Assembly (NCBI GenBank): GCA_032156805.1
Contig: JALDXQ010000003.1
Location: 6,466-70,465, forward strand
Direction: 5' to 3'
DNA: 64,000 nucleotides
Source of the DNA: Acidobacteriota bacterium
Lineage (GTDB): Bacteria > Acidobacteriota > Vicinamibacteria > Vicinamibacterales > UBA2999
Each line of letters begins with the position of its first letter. The stretch's first letter is position 1. Position numbers and translations under genes: made by a program. Below the pieces are notes generated by a model, which did not search any database, was not told the DNA's origin, and worked only from the letters and a program-made list of their open reading frames with translations. Positions 38,271 through 49,300 of this stretch are shown here, in pieces.

Positions 38271-39926
38271 GTGAAAACATCCGCCATTCACCCGATCATC
38301 TACGTACGCGGCTACGCGATGACCCAGACCGAGATCGAGGACGCGGTCGCGGACCCGTATATGGGGTTCAACGTCGGATCCTGCAAGGTCAGACAGATCT
38401 GGGATGGGTCGGTGAAGAAGTACTTCTTCGAGTCGCCGCTCGTTCGACTCCTCAAGCAGTTCGACTACGACGATGTCTTCGAGGAGGGGCAGGATCGGGT
38501 TTCGGAGTTGACCGCACCGAGCACGGTGGACGGGACGGTGCGGCCAGTATCGTATCGCAGCATCGTGATCTACCGGTACTACGAGCCGTCGTCGGTTGAT
38601 CTCGGCGCGACGGCTCGTCCCGACATGGCCCGATTCGCGAGAGGGCTCGGCGAGCTGATCCTCAAGCTTCGCGACCGCGTGTACCCGCAGGGCAAGGACA
38701 CGGTCATCTCACAACAAGAGCGCGACGCAGGAAAGCAGTCGTATGACAAGTTCCGCGTCTACCTGGTTGCGCACTCGATGGGCGGGCTGGTCTGTCGCGC
38801 GTTCCTGCAGAATCCCGCGTTTGGCTCCCCGGACGCGCGAGCCCTCGTGGACAAGCTGTTCACGTATGCGACCCCGCACAACGGAATCGACGTTGGCATC
38901 TTCGGCAACATCCCGGCATGGCTGTCTCTCTACGGCATCAATACCTTCAACCGGGGCGAGATTGCCCAGCTCCTGGCCCTGTCCGATGACGTGCTGGATG
39001 GTGACAACGTCGACATCGTGACCAACTTCGACGCCGATCGCGTGTTCAACCTCGTGGGTACCAATCCAGTCGATTACAAGGTCGCGGCCGGACTATCGAG
39101 CGCCGCGGCAGGAGATGCCAGCGACGGGTTGGTGCGAATCAAGAACTCGACGACCCGCGGCCGCTCGCCGGACGGATTCGTCTACTCGCCGCAGGCGTTT
39201 GTCCATCGCAGTCACTCGGGCTTCTTCGGGATCGTGAACAGCGAGGAGGGATACCAGAACCTGGTCCGATTCCTGTATGGCGACGTTCGTGCGGACGGCA
39301 CGCTCGAGATCGACGAGCTGACGCTTCCGCCGGCGGTGCAGCAGAAGTACGACGAAGGACGCGACATCAAGGCTTCGTACCTGTTCGAGGTGTCGGTAAG
39401 CGTTCGCGGGAAGACCTGGCAGCTGCACCGCCGCACGGCCAACGAGAACAGCGCGATCTTCAGGCGTTTCGACGAGCTGTTTTCGAAGAAGCCAAAGGCA
39501 GGGGATGATGAGGCCGTCACGAAGTCATGGAAGCCGAACAAACCTGCGAGTCCCATTCTCTTCAACATCTTCCTTGATATGGGACAGAGTCAGACCGGCA
39601 GCACAGTCTCGTTCGCACTCGACCTGTGTGTCCGCGTCCCGGAGTACGAGGTCGACGGGATCCTGTTTCTCAAGGACCACTACGAAGGCGGATACCTGTA
39701 CCGCGACGTCATCATTCTCGAGGCGCGCCCGCCGCGCGCGCCCGATGAACGATGGCTCTTCGAGTACACGTTTGCCAGCAAGCGGGGAAGCCGGCCTTCA
39801 GTGGCGAAGATTGTCCGCGAGGATGACGCGGAGCTGACGTTCGAGATTCCGATCAGGCAGCCGACGCCGCCGGGTATTCGTGCACGGCTGCGGGTGAAGA
39901 CCAGTTACTGGAACGCGTGGCAGTAG
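38271..39926 (+). CDS. Cytoplasmic alpha/beta hydrolase (PGAP1-like lipase/esterase) with C-terminal extension
   Basis: PIIYVRG, LVAHSMGGL, TYATPHNG, SDGLV, HRSHSG. Confidence 0.8.
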   Translation: MKTSAIHPIIYVRGYAMTQTEIEDAVADPYMGFNVGSCKVRQIWDGSVKKYFFESPLVRLLKQFDYDDVFEEGQDRVSELTAPSTVDGTVRPVSYRSIVIYRYYEPSSVDLGATARPDMARFARGLGELILKLRDRVYPQGKDTVISQQERDAGKQSYDKFRVYLVAHSMGGLVCRAFLQNPAFGSPDARALVDKLFTYATPHNGIDVGIFGNIPAWLSLYGINTFNRGEIAQLLALSDDVLDGDNVDIVTNFDADRVFNLVGTNPVDYKVAAGLSSAAAGDASDGLVRIKNSTTRGRSPDGFVYSPQAFVHRSHSGFFGIVNSEEGYQNLVRFLYGDVRADGTLEIDELTLPPAVQQKYDEGRDIKASYLFEVSVSVRGKTWQLHRRTANENSAIFRRFDELFSKKPKAGDDEAVTKSWKPNKPASPILFNIFLDMGQSQTGSTVSFALDLCVRVPEYEVDGILFLKDHYEGGYLYRDVIILEARPPRAPDERWLFEYTFASKRGSRPSVAKIVREDDAELTFEIPIRQPTPPGIRARLRVKTSYWNAWQ

Positions 39927-39968
39927 CCGCGCGTCAATGGCGCCGGGCCGCGCATCGCGACCGAGGCG

Positions 39969-40676
39969 ATGCGTGAAGCGGTATTCTTGCGTGTGGCATT
40001 CGCACCCGGATCGCGCAACCGGCTCACGGAGCACGACCTTGACCGGTTTCCCGGCGACACCTTGTTCGATCGCGTGGGCCGGACCCTCTGTCAGGCCGGC
40101 TGCCTGCCGCGCAAGGAGCTGTACGAGGCGTGGGAAGTCGCACGGCGAGTCCGGCGGCTGCGCCGTGGCGGGCGAGTCATTGACGCTGCCGGCGGAGCCG
40201 GTCTGCTCGCGCACCTGATGATCCTGCTCGACGACACGTCTCCTGAAGCGATCGTGGTTGACCCTGTGCTGTCACCGTCGAGCGCCACCCTGCATGCGGC
40301 GCTGACGCGTTCCTGGGCGCGCCTGGAGCGGCGCGTATCGCTTGTCGCTCGCGACGTCTCGCTATTCGAGCTCACGCCTGACGATGTCGTCGTGTCGAGT
40401 CACGCCTGTGGCGCCTTGAGCGATCAGATCCTGGATCGTGCGATTGCGGCGCGTGCAGTGGTCGCGGTGCTGCCCTGCTGTCACGACCTGGCGACATGCA
40501 AGACGGGACCGCTCGCGGGTTGGGTGGATCGACCGCTTGCGATCGACGTGATGCGCGCCGTGCGCCTGGAGCAGAGCGGGTACCGCGTGTGGACACAAAC
40601 GATACCATCCGACATCACGCCGAAGAATCGGTTGTTGATCGGCGCACCCGCTAGTGCGGCTTTTGATTGCGTGTAG
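39969..40676 (+). CDS. SAM-dependent methyltransferase
   Basis: VIDAAGGAGLL motif I, SHACGALSD, PCCH. Confidence 0.8.
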   Translation: MREAVFLRVAFAPGSRNRLTEHDLDRFPGDTLFDRVGRTLCQAGCLPRKELYEAWEVARRVRRLRRGGRVIDAAGGAGLLAHLMILLDDTSPEAIVVDPVLSPSSATLHAALTRSWARLERRVSLVARDVSLFELTPDDVVVSSHACGALSDQILDRAIAARAVVAVLPCCHDLATCKTGPLAGWVDRPLAIDVMRAVRLEQSGYRVWTQTIPSDITPKNRLLIGAPASAAFDCV

Positions 40677-40764
40677 CCGCGTCCCATGGACGCAGGAGCA
40701 GGGACGGACCAGGACCCAGGCACGGAAGCCAGGGACTGACTGCTGCGCCGAAGTGCAAACTGTG

Positions 40765-41916
40765 CTAGTTATCGGCCAACGCGAGGATCGCGAACGCCGT
40801 TGCCGTATCGGACATGAACAACCGCCGCCACGGCTCGCCCTTCTCACCGCCATGCTCGCGATCGTAGTTGAGCGAGTGCGTGTGCCACGCGCGGCCGGGA
40901 ACGTCAGGCACGGGGATCGCGCGCTGGTTCGTCTCCAGCCATTGAATGCCTTTGCGGATCGCGGCGTGACCGGGGTCCACACCCGCTTGCTTCAACGTGT
41001 AGACGACGAGACCGGTTGCGTAACCGTCTGACTGCGTCAGCAGCGACCCGTCGAGATCGCCGGGCGACTTCACCGGCGGTGCGGTTTTGCTCCACTTCCA
41101 CGGGCCCATCGCCTCGAGCGACCATCCACCGTCGTCTCGCTGCGCCCGCACGAGATCGTCGACGAGCGCGTCGCGTTGTGCGTCGGTGACCACACCCTTC
41201 AGGCGTGTGGAGGCGAGCAGCGCCCAGGTGCGGTTATAGAGATGCTGCGCCTGATAGTTGGTGGAGAGATACGCCCGAAGACGTTCAATGCCGGCGGTTG
41301 CGACTTGATCCTGCTGGCCCTGAGCCGTGCCCGCAGCGAATGCCGCAAACGTGGCCCCATGGTAGACAGCCTCAGTGGTTTCCCACGGCTCGAGCCCGAA
41401 CTCGAGCCAGTCCCAGCGACCATCGGCCCGCTGCGTTTCCCACATTCGAGCAAGGGCCTTCTTCGTGGGTGCGCTCGGCTCGCCTAGATTCTTCGCGGCG
41501 TCGGCGCTCGTGAGAATCACCGCATTCAGTACGGCCTCGGTTCCGCGCGACTCGATCTGCCGGCGCTCGTTGAAGTCATACAGCACCTGGTGCGTGCTGT
41601 AGGTCTCGACGCGGCGCGTCGTGTCCTCGATCAGCTTCGCCTCTTGTGTGGCCGGGGTGTCGACATGCATGACGCGTCGCAGCACCGGGCGCGAGAGTGC
41701 GTACGCCAGCCCCGCGTGGCAGGAGACACACGCCGTCTGCGAGTCTCCAGTTCTGAGCTTGGTGCCGTTGGCGAACCACAAGTCCATCCGGGCATCCAGA
41801 TAGGCTGCCGCGGCGGCCGCATCCCAGCTACGGGGGCTGTCACCCGAGGGACGTGCCTGCTGCGCCGTAACTGTTCCCACGAGCACCGTGAACACCAATG
41901 CCATCGCAAGTCTCAT
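40765..41916 (-). CDS. Exported prenyltransferase/squalene-cyclase-repeat protein
   Basis: QW-type repeats QRADGRW and QRDDGGW; DGYATG; signal peptide; CVSCH. Confidence 0.7.
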   Translation of the reverse strand: MRLAMALVFTVLVGTVTAQQARPSGDSPRSWDAAAAAAYLDARMDLWFANGTKLRTGDSQTACVSCHAGLAYALSRPVLRRVMHVDTPATQEAKLIEDTTRRVETYSTHQVLYDFNERRQIESRGTEAVLNAVILTSADAAKNLGEPSAPTKKALARMWETQRADGRWDWLEFGLEPWETTEAVYHGATFAAFAAGTAQGQQDQVATAGIERLRAYLSTNYQAQHLYNRTWALLASTRLKGVVTDAQRDALVDDLVRAQRDDGGWSLEAMGPWKWSKTAPPVKSPGDLDGSLLTQSDGYATGLVVYTLKQAGVDPGHAAIRKGIQWLETNQRAIPVPDVPGRAWHTHSLNYDREHGGEKGEPWRRLFMSDTATAFAILALADN

Positions 41917-42075
41917 GAGGCGAGGATATCCCCGACACGTGTTCCGCGCGAGCACATTCGATGGACTCTCCGCGTGTGGTCTGGCAAGGGCAACGCCGTG
42001 CCGAGGGTTGCGTTACCATGAGCCTTCCGGATTTTCAACACAGTGGATCAATCGACGCGCGGGACCGCCACTGAG

Positions 42076-44829
42076 ATGGCGGACGTCGGGGTACTGTTCG
42101 TCCACGGCATCGGCGAACAACAGCGCGCGGACACGCTCGTCCAGCTGGGTGAATGCCTCAGAAGCTGGTTCAAGCGCTGGTTGACCTTTGACAGTCCGCA
42201 GCCGACGATTAGCGTCGGCGTCAGCGACGCCGACCTGACGCAGAGCGCGACGGGAGCGATTCCTGCGCACGCCAAGCTGCGCATCACGGCGGACGGTGTG
42301 AACACGACCTGGTTGCTCGCCGAGTCGTGGTGGGCGGCGAGCTTCGCGGCACCGCGCTACCGTGACCTGTGGCGATGGTCGCTCGAGATCGTGCCGCTGG
42401 CCGTGGCCGACCACTTCGTTCGCCGGTTCCGGCTGGCCAAGCCGTGGTACCGAAAGCTGCCCGAGATCGCACTGCTCACCATCGCCATCGCACTATTGCC
42501 GCTGCTCACGCTTACGATGATTACGTCGCTCGTCGTGGGCATCCTCCCGATTCCAGCGCTGCGGTCGGCGATCCTCGGAGCGCAGCGGATCCTGGTCGGG
42601 ACCGTAGGCGACAGCTACACGCTGCTCGAGAGCTCAATCCGCGGTGCGGCGATGGTCTCGCGTGTGCAACACGATCTCCGCTGGCTGCAGACGATGGCGC
42701 GCAGGACGATCATCGTGGCGCACTCACAGGGCGCCGCCGTGGCTCATGCCGCGCTGCAGCCGCCCGACGCTCCGAGGCCCGAGGTGTTCTTCACCTTTGG
42801 AGCCGGCGTGCGGAAGCTGCTCATGCTCGATGAGATCCGCGGCGTCGCCCGCTTCAGGCTCTGGCTTCTGTCGGGCGGCCTGCTCCTCGTGTCGTGTGGG
42901 GTGTGGGCGATGTACCGCGTGCTTGTCGATCCTACGGTGCGCGTCAACATGTTCACCGCGCAGGGGCTCGATCCCACCAGGATGCTCGTAGCCTTTGAAT
43001 TCACGCTCGACCTGACGAACATCTTCGGCATCAGCCTCCTGGATTGGCGGCACGTGACCAGTGTGTCGGCGCTGGCCGGCGCCGCGGTGGGCCTGCTCGC
43101 GTTTGGGGAAACGTGGCGTGATCGGTTGTTGGGCAGCACCCTCATGGGTGTCTTCCTCGCTGCTATGGGGCTGCTCTTCGCCTTTTTCATGAACGTCGGG
43201 CCTTGGTCATTGATGGGATTGCTTTCACTGGTGTTCGGCGCTGTGACGTTCTCATCTGCTTTTTCGTCTTTGAAGATCCACGAGACCGACGCTGCGATCG
43301 ACAAGCGACTCAACATCGAGCCGCCGCTGCGATGGCTCGATCGCTACACCAAGGCTGATCCGGTCTCCAATGGGCCGCTCGGGAGTACACAGGTCCCGTT
43401 CGTAGACAGCCAAGAGGTGTTCAACTTCGGATCCCCGCTGCTGGATCATTCTGGATATTGGCGCAACCAGGACCAGTTCCTGCCGATGATCGCGCAGGAA
43501 CTGGCCGATCTGGCCGGCGTTCAACTGCGAAGAGGAGAGTGGGACAGCGAGCGCCTGAAATGGGCGCAGGCGCGCCGGAGCTGGCGAGTGAGGTGGCTAC
43601 AGCTCTCCCGCGTTCTGGCTGCGGTGGTTGCGGTCTCGGTGCTCGTGCGATTCCGGCAGACGCTGTGGCGGGAAGCGTCCGATGCTCCCGAGTTCGTGGC
43701 GACCCTCTTCAACGAGCTCGTCGATTTCGCCCAGCGCGTACCGTTCCTGCGCCTGATCATGGGCGATCTCGCGAAATCGCTGCTGCTTCAGGCATTGTGG
43801 ATTGGCGCCGTGCTGTCCTGTGTCTGGGTGACGTACAAGCTGTTCGAGGCTGTGTGGTTGTGGTGGGATCGCGTCGAAACGAGCGCGTTGTTTGCGAGGG
43901 CGGATTACGAGCGCCCGTCGGTCCCGTTCGCGACTCTGGCTGCGGTGCTCGCAAGCGCCGCTGCGTTGGCGCTACTGCTCACGGCGTCCCTGGATCGCCA
44001 GGCGTACGAGCTCTGGACGCAAGACCCGAGCCTTCTTGCCCTCCGCAACAGCGGGTGGAGCGGCGTGCGCGAGGCGTCGGTGCAGCCCGGTGTCTTCACA
44101 ACGGTCGGTGTAGCCTGCGGCGCAAGCTACCTCCTTGGTTTCGTGGCGAGCGAGCTTAGCGACTGGTGGATGTGGGGACGAACGTCGACGGCAGGGCCGC
44201 GATACATCTGGCGGTGGATCGGCTACAGTCTGCTGGGATTCATATTCGCGCTGCCTGCCGCCGCGGTGATGGTGGGTGAGGCGGCGCGCACGTCGCAATG
44301 GGTGAATATTGCGACGATTCTAGGGGTCGGGACGTTCGCGCTCGCGCTGATCGCGGTCCTGTGGGCGATGGCCACTACGCGCCTCGGCCGAACGCTGCGG
44401 CAATACCTCCGCGACCGCAGCGCGTCACCACCATTCGGCCGCTGGCTCGCTCGCGGCGAACGGGGCAGGCCGGCTGTGAGCCGTGAGCGTCTGTCAGCGC
44501 GTGCGATGAAATTGCCGGTGGAGTGGGACGAGCCAAGACCCAGGCCGCTGCGCCTCGAGAGCCTCCTCAGCGAGGAGGCGGCGGCCATTGCCGGCGCCCT
44601 GGTGCCGCCGACGACTCCTGACGAGGAACGCGCAATCTTTCGACTGACCAATGCATTCCCGTATGCAGCGCTGACCGCCGCGGAGCGCGTCCTGGGGAGT
44701 GATCGCTCGCTCGCGCGACGGCTTATCGCACCACACGCTGAGGCGCGGGCGCGCGCGATCCGGCGTCGGATTCGTCATCTCGAGCGCCTGATCGGTCCTT
44801 CGGAAGTCGAGACGGTTGCGGCCAACTAG
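42076..44829 (+). CDS. Polytopic membrane protein with alpha/beta hydrolase motifs
   Basis: VLFVHGIGEQ, VAHSQG, DPVS and HSGYW interleaved with many TM helices. Confidence 0.7.
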   Translation: MADVGVLFVHGIGEQQRADTLVQLGECLRSWFKRWLTFDSPQPTISVGVSDADLTQSATGAIPAHAKLRITADGVNTTWLLAESWWAASFAAPRYRDLWRWSLEIVPLAVADHFVRRFRLAKPWYRKLPEIALLTIAIALLPLLTLTMITSLVVGILPIPALRSAILGAQRILVGTVGDSYTLLESSIRGAAMVSRVQHDLRWLQTMARRTIIVAHSQGAAVAHAALQPPDAPRPEVFFTFGAGVRKLLMLDEIRGVARFRLWLLSGGLLLVSCGVWAMYRVLVDPTVRVNMFTAQGLDPTRMLVAFEFTLDLTNIFGISLLDWRHVTSVSALAGAAVGLLAFGETWRDRLLGSTLMGVFLAAMGLLFAFFMNVGPWSLMGLLSLVFGAVTFSSAFSSLKIHETDAAIDKRLNIEPPLRWLDRYTKADPVSNGPLGSTQVPFVDSQEVFNFGSPLLDHSGYWRNQDQFLPMIAQELADLAGVQLRRGEWDSERLKWAQARRSWRVRWLQLSRVLAAVVAVSVLVRFRQTLWREASDAPEFVATLFNELVDFAQRVPFLRLIMGDLAKSLLLQALWIGAVLSCVWVTYKLFEAVWLWWDRVETSALFARADYERPSVPFATLAAVLASAAALALLLTASLDRQAYELWTQDPSLLALRNSGWSGVREASVQPGVFTTVGVACGASYLLGFVASELSDWWMWGRTSTAGPRYIWRWIGYSLLGFIFALPAAAVMVGEAARTSQWVNIATILGVGTFALALIAVLWAMATTRLGRTLRQYLRDRSASPPFGRWLARGERGRPAVSRERLSARAMKLPVEWDEPRPRPLRLESLLSEEAAAIAGALVPPTTPDEERAIFRLTNAFPYAALTAAERVLGSDRSLARRLIAPHAEARARAIRRRIRHLERLIGPSEVETVAAN

Positions 44830-45028
44830 CACCCGCGCAGTTGGAAGAAGCACCGGTTTCCGGCTCATTCCCGTGGACGGCGCATCCGCAACAGCCCTTC
44901 TCACCCAGATCTCACACGATGCTCACGGTTCGGTGAAGACTCGAGCCGCCTCAAAAGACGATCCTGCGGGGGCAACGCCAACACGACCGGGGCGAAGAGC
45001 TGACGCGCTACGCGGACATCGAGAAAAC

Positions 45029-46249
45029 ATGTCGAAGAGTCGAACGGAGATCTGGCTGTCGGTGGGCGTCCTGGGCATCGGGCTGATACCCGTGGCGCTT
45101 GCGGGGCTTTGGGGCTACATGAGCACCACTGCGACGCCCCTGCATCCGAACCCGAAAGACTCGCCCTCCGTCACGCATTCGGCCCCGTTGCCACAGTGGG
45201 CTGACGCGGTGGAGCAGGGGCGGCAGATCGTCCGCCAGGGCCTTACCGAGCAGAACCTGCCGGGACTGTCGGTTGCAGTCGGTACCAGTGGCGACATCGT
45301 GTGGGCCGAAGGCTTTGGCTGGGCGGATCTCGAAAAGCAAGTGCCTGTCGCGCCCGAGACGACGTTCAGGATCGGCACCGCGTCCACGGTGCTCACGTCA
45401 GCCGCCGTCGGCCTGCTGCTGGAAGACGGCGGTTTGAAGCTCGACGACATGATCCGGACGTACGTGCCCGAGATCCCCGACCGGCAGTGGCCTGTGACTC
45501 TCCGTCAGTTGATGGGGCATGTGGCGGGCGTTGCGAATGACGGCGGGGACGAGGGACCGTTGTTCAGCCAGTACTGCGAGCGGCCGATCGACGCGCTGCA
45601 GTTCCTCAGTGGCTACGAGGTCGAGCTGCTGTTTGAGCCGGGGACTCAGTATCACTATTCGAGCTACGGCTGGATCCTGGTGAGTGCGGCCGTCGAAGCC
45701 GCCGCTGACGAGCCGTTCCTCACGTTCATGCAGAAGCAGGTCTTCGACCCTCTGGGCATGCACGACACGAAGGCCGACTCCGCGAGGGCTCCCAATCGGG
45801 CAACGTCTTACTTCCCGAGGTTCGCCGCGGATCCCGGCTACGGCCTCCACCTGATGCGGCCGATCAACTATTCCTGCTACGCGGGATCCAGTGTGTTCCT
45901 GTCCACCCCATCAGACCTGGTGCGTTTCGGGATGGCGATCAACAGCGGCCAACTCCTGCGACCCGCCTCCGTCCAATTACTCCAGACGTCAGAGCGGCTG
46001 ACCTCAGGGCAGGAAACGGGCTACGGCCTCGGTTGGGACATCGAGAGCGTTACGTTGGCGGGTAACCCAACACGCTGGGTTGGCCACGATGGGACGTCGC
46101 TGGGCGGGATGGTTGCGTCTCTCATGACGTTCCCCGAGCGCGAACTCGTGGTGTCCGTGACGTCGAACATCTCCTACGCTGACACGTCGGCGATTGCGCT
46201 GAAAGTCGCGCAGGCCTTCGCTGAACAAAGGAATCCGGTACGGAAGTGA
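45029..46249 (+). CDS. Beta-lactamase-family serine-hydrolase-fold protein with degenerate active site
   Basis: PGLSVAV, TLRQLMGH, FEPG..YHYS, YGLGW, GHDG; FRIGTAST where SxxK is expected. Confidence 0.85.
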   Translation: MSKSRTEIWLSVGVLGIGLIPVALAGLWGYMSTTATPLHPNPKDSPSVTHSAPLPQWADAVEQGRQIVRQGLTEQNLPGLSVAVGTSGDIVWAEGFGWADLEKQVPVAPETTFRIGTASTVLTSAAVGLLLEDGGLKLDDMIRTYVPEIPDRQWPVTLRQLMGHVAGVANDGGDEGPLFSQYCERPIDALQFLSGYEVELLFEPGTQYHYSSYGWILVSAAVEAAADEPFLTFMQKQVFDPLGMHDTKADSARAPNRATSYFPRFAADPGYGLHLMRPINYSCYAGSSVFLSTPSDLVRFGMAINSGQLLRPASVQLLQTSERLTSGQETGYGLGWDIESVTLAGNPTRWVGHDGTSLGGMVASLMTFPERELVVSVTSNISYADTSAIALKVAQAFAEQRNPVRK

Positions 46250-46365
46250 AGCGCCAATAGAGCTAACACTCGAGCTCGTCCCGCCTGAGAAGCCCGTCTT
46301 GATTGCCTCGTCTGCATGCCGTAGGCTACCCGCGCCCAGGGGATGTCACAAATCGGAGGCTGTCG

Positions 46366-49300
46366 ATGCGAGCACTGGCAATCGGATCGTTTGTCGTTGC
46401 GGTACTGCTTCTCCTTTCCACGCCGGCCTTTTCCCAAGGCGTTGCCGGCATTGTCAGAGACTCGTCTGGCGCCATCCTGCCAGGCGTGACCGTTGAAGCG
46501 GCGAGCCCGGCGCTCATCGAGAAGTCACGCACGGTCGTGACGGATGGGACCGGCCAATACCGGATCGTCGACCTGGAACCCGGCACCTACATTGTGACGT
46601 TCACGCTGCCCGGGTTCACCACGGTCAGGCGCGAGGACATCCAGCTATCCGGCGCTGGGGTGACGACGGTCAATGCCGACATGCGAGTCGGAGCGGTCGA
46701 GGAGACGATCACCGTCTCCGGAGCGACACCAATCATCGACACGCAGACGAGCACCAAACGCGAGGTCGTGCTGGCCGACGAGGTGCTCGCCGCGGTTCCA
46801 GTCACGCGGACCTATGGGAGCGTGCTGGCGATGGTGCCCGGGGTTCAGTCGCTGACCCTCGACGTGAACTCCACGCAGTCTGTTGGCGGAACCGCCACGA
46901 ACTTCTTCTTCACGTCGCGGGGCGGGCGTGGCAACGAAGGCACAGTGCAGGTGGACGGCATGAACGTCGGGTCAGCGTTCGGCGGCGGCGGCGTTTCGAG
47001 CTTTGCGTACGACTTCGTGAATGCGCAGGAGGTCCAGGTCACCGTTGCAGGCGGTATGGGTGAGGTGGATCGTGGTGGGCCGGCGTTCAACATCATCCCC
47101 AAGAGCGGCGGCAACAACTTCAACGGGACCGCGTTCTTGAGCACCGCCGGCGAGTGGTCGCAGGGCAGTAATCTCGATGACGATCTGCGCCGCGTTGGCA
47201 TCACGGAGCCACCGGGGCTCATCAAGAACTACGACACGAACCTCGCCATCGGCGGTCCGATCAAGCGCGATCGGTTGTGGTTCTTCAACAACCTGCGTAC
47301 CTACGGGACGCACCAGGACGTGCCGGGTATCTACGCGAATGCGAACGCCCTCGATCCGACGAAGTGGAGCTATGTGAGGGATCTGGACGTTCCATCGAGA
47401 TCGGCGGGGTCCAAGAAGATCGAAGCGATCCGCCTGACCGGTCAGCTCACCCAGAAGAACAAGCTCGGGTTCTACTACGACTACCAGGCGAACTGCGCCG
47501 GGTCGGCGCTCGTCAACACGGGCGATGGCTGTCGTGAGCGCGGCGACGACTGGATCGCTCTCGGCAGTACGACGATATCGCCGGAGTCCGGCAACATGTG
47601 GCCGGAGCGAGAGAAGATCACGCAGGCGACGTGGACGTCGCCGGCGACGAACCGCATCCTGATGGAGGCCGGCTTCTCGCAATTCAGCAGCAAGTGGGGT
47701 GGATACGTTCCGCCCGGGTCGCAGACGCATCTGGCCGCTGTCACCGAACAGAGCACCGCGGCTGGCGTTCCGACGCCCAACTTCGTGTATCGGGGCTGGA
47801 ATTCGGCCGCCTCCAACAATCAGCAGCACTACATCTGGCGGGGGTCGCTCGCCTACGTGACGGGCGCGCACAGCTTCAAGGTCGGATACCAGGCGGCGCA
47901 CGAGGTGTACCGGCAGATCCAGAACGTCGACAATCAACTGAGCTACACGTTCAACAACGGCGTGCCGACGCAGTTCACGATGCGCATCGGGCCGCACATC
48001 CAGAGCAACCGCACACGCTACGACGGCTTCTACGTGCAGGATCAGTGGACGCACAAGCGGCTCACCGTGCAGGGTGCGTTGCGCTACGAGCACGCCTGGA
48101 GCTGGTTCCCCGAGGGTGAGAACGGCATCACCGCCGATAACCAGTTCGGCAGCCGCTTCATCTTCCCGCGCCAGGATGGGGTGACTGGGTTCCACGACAT
48201 CACGCCGCGCATGGGTGCGGCCTACGATCTGTTCGGGAACGGCAAGACGTCGTTGAAGGTGAACTTCAGCAAGTACCTGGAGACCGCGCAGAACGGAGGT
48301 CTCTACACCATCAACAATCCGGCGGTGACGTTCCAACAGACCACGAACCGGAGCTGGACCGACGGCAACCGCAATTTCAATCCCGACTGCGATCTGATGA
48401 ATCCGGCCGCGCAGAACAACCTGGCGTCGGGCGGCGACAACTGCGGTGCCTGGAGCAACTCCAACTTCGGCAACCCCTTCGTGACCACGCAGGTCAACCC
48501 CGACGTGCAGAACGGATGGGGCGTACGGCAATACGACTGGCAGTTCGGCGTCGCCGTGCAGCACGAGATCATCCCGCGGGTTGCGATCGACGTCAGCTAC
48601 AACCGCCGCTGGTGGGGGAACCACTTCTTCACGGACAACCGCGCGCTGGGGCCGCTGGACTTCGATCAGGTGACGATCACGGCGCCGCAGAATCCGAATC
48701 TGCCGGACGGCGGCGGCGATCCGGTGACGTTCCTCACGCGCAACACGCGATCGCCGCTCGGCGCGACCGACAACTACTTCACGTCCGCGAGCGACTACGG
48801 CGATGTAACGACCTACTGGCACGGCGTTGACGCGCAGGTGAGCGCGCGGCTGCCGAATCAGCTGTTCCTGCAGCTCGGCATGAGCGGCGGCAAGGGCGTG
48901 CGCGACTATTGCGCTGTTGCGGACCAGCTCCCGGAGCTGTACGTGACGACCGGGTCGCTCCTCGTCAATCAGCAGGTGGCCTCGTGCGCGATCGATGAGG
49001 ACTGGCTGACGAGCATCCGTGGCCTGGCCTCGTATACCCTGCCCAGGATTGATGTCCTGGTGAGCGGCACGTTCCGCTCGACACCTGGCGTCGCGCCCGC
49101 CGGAAACGCGGTTGCCAGCAACGGCAATTCGTTGTCGGCAAACTACAACGTCACGAGTGCGATCCTGTTGCCGCAGACAGGGCGCCCGCTGGTGCCGGGC
49201 CTGCCGTTCCAGACCGTCAACCTCCTGCTGCAGGGGCATACCTTCCCCGATCAGCTCAATTCACTCGACTTGCGCGTCGGCAAGAACCTGAGATTCGGCC

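Noticed and set aside
40765-41916. Call as squalene-hopene cyclase (shc)
   Set aside because: Too short for the two-domain enzyme, exported, and lacks DxDD.
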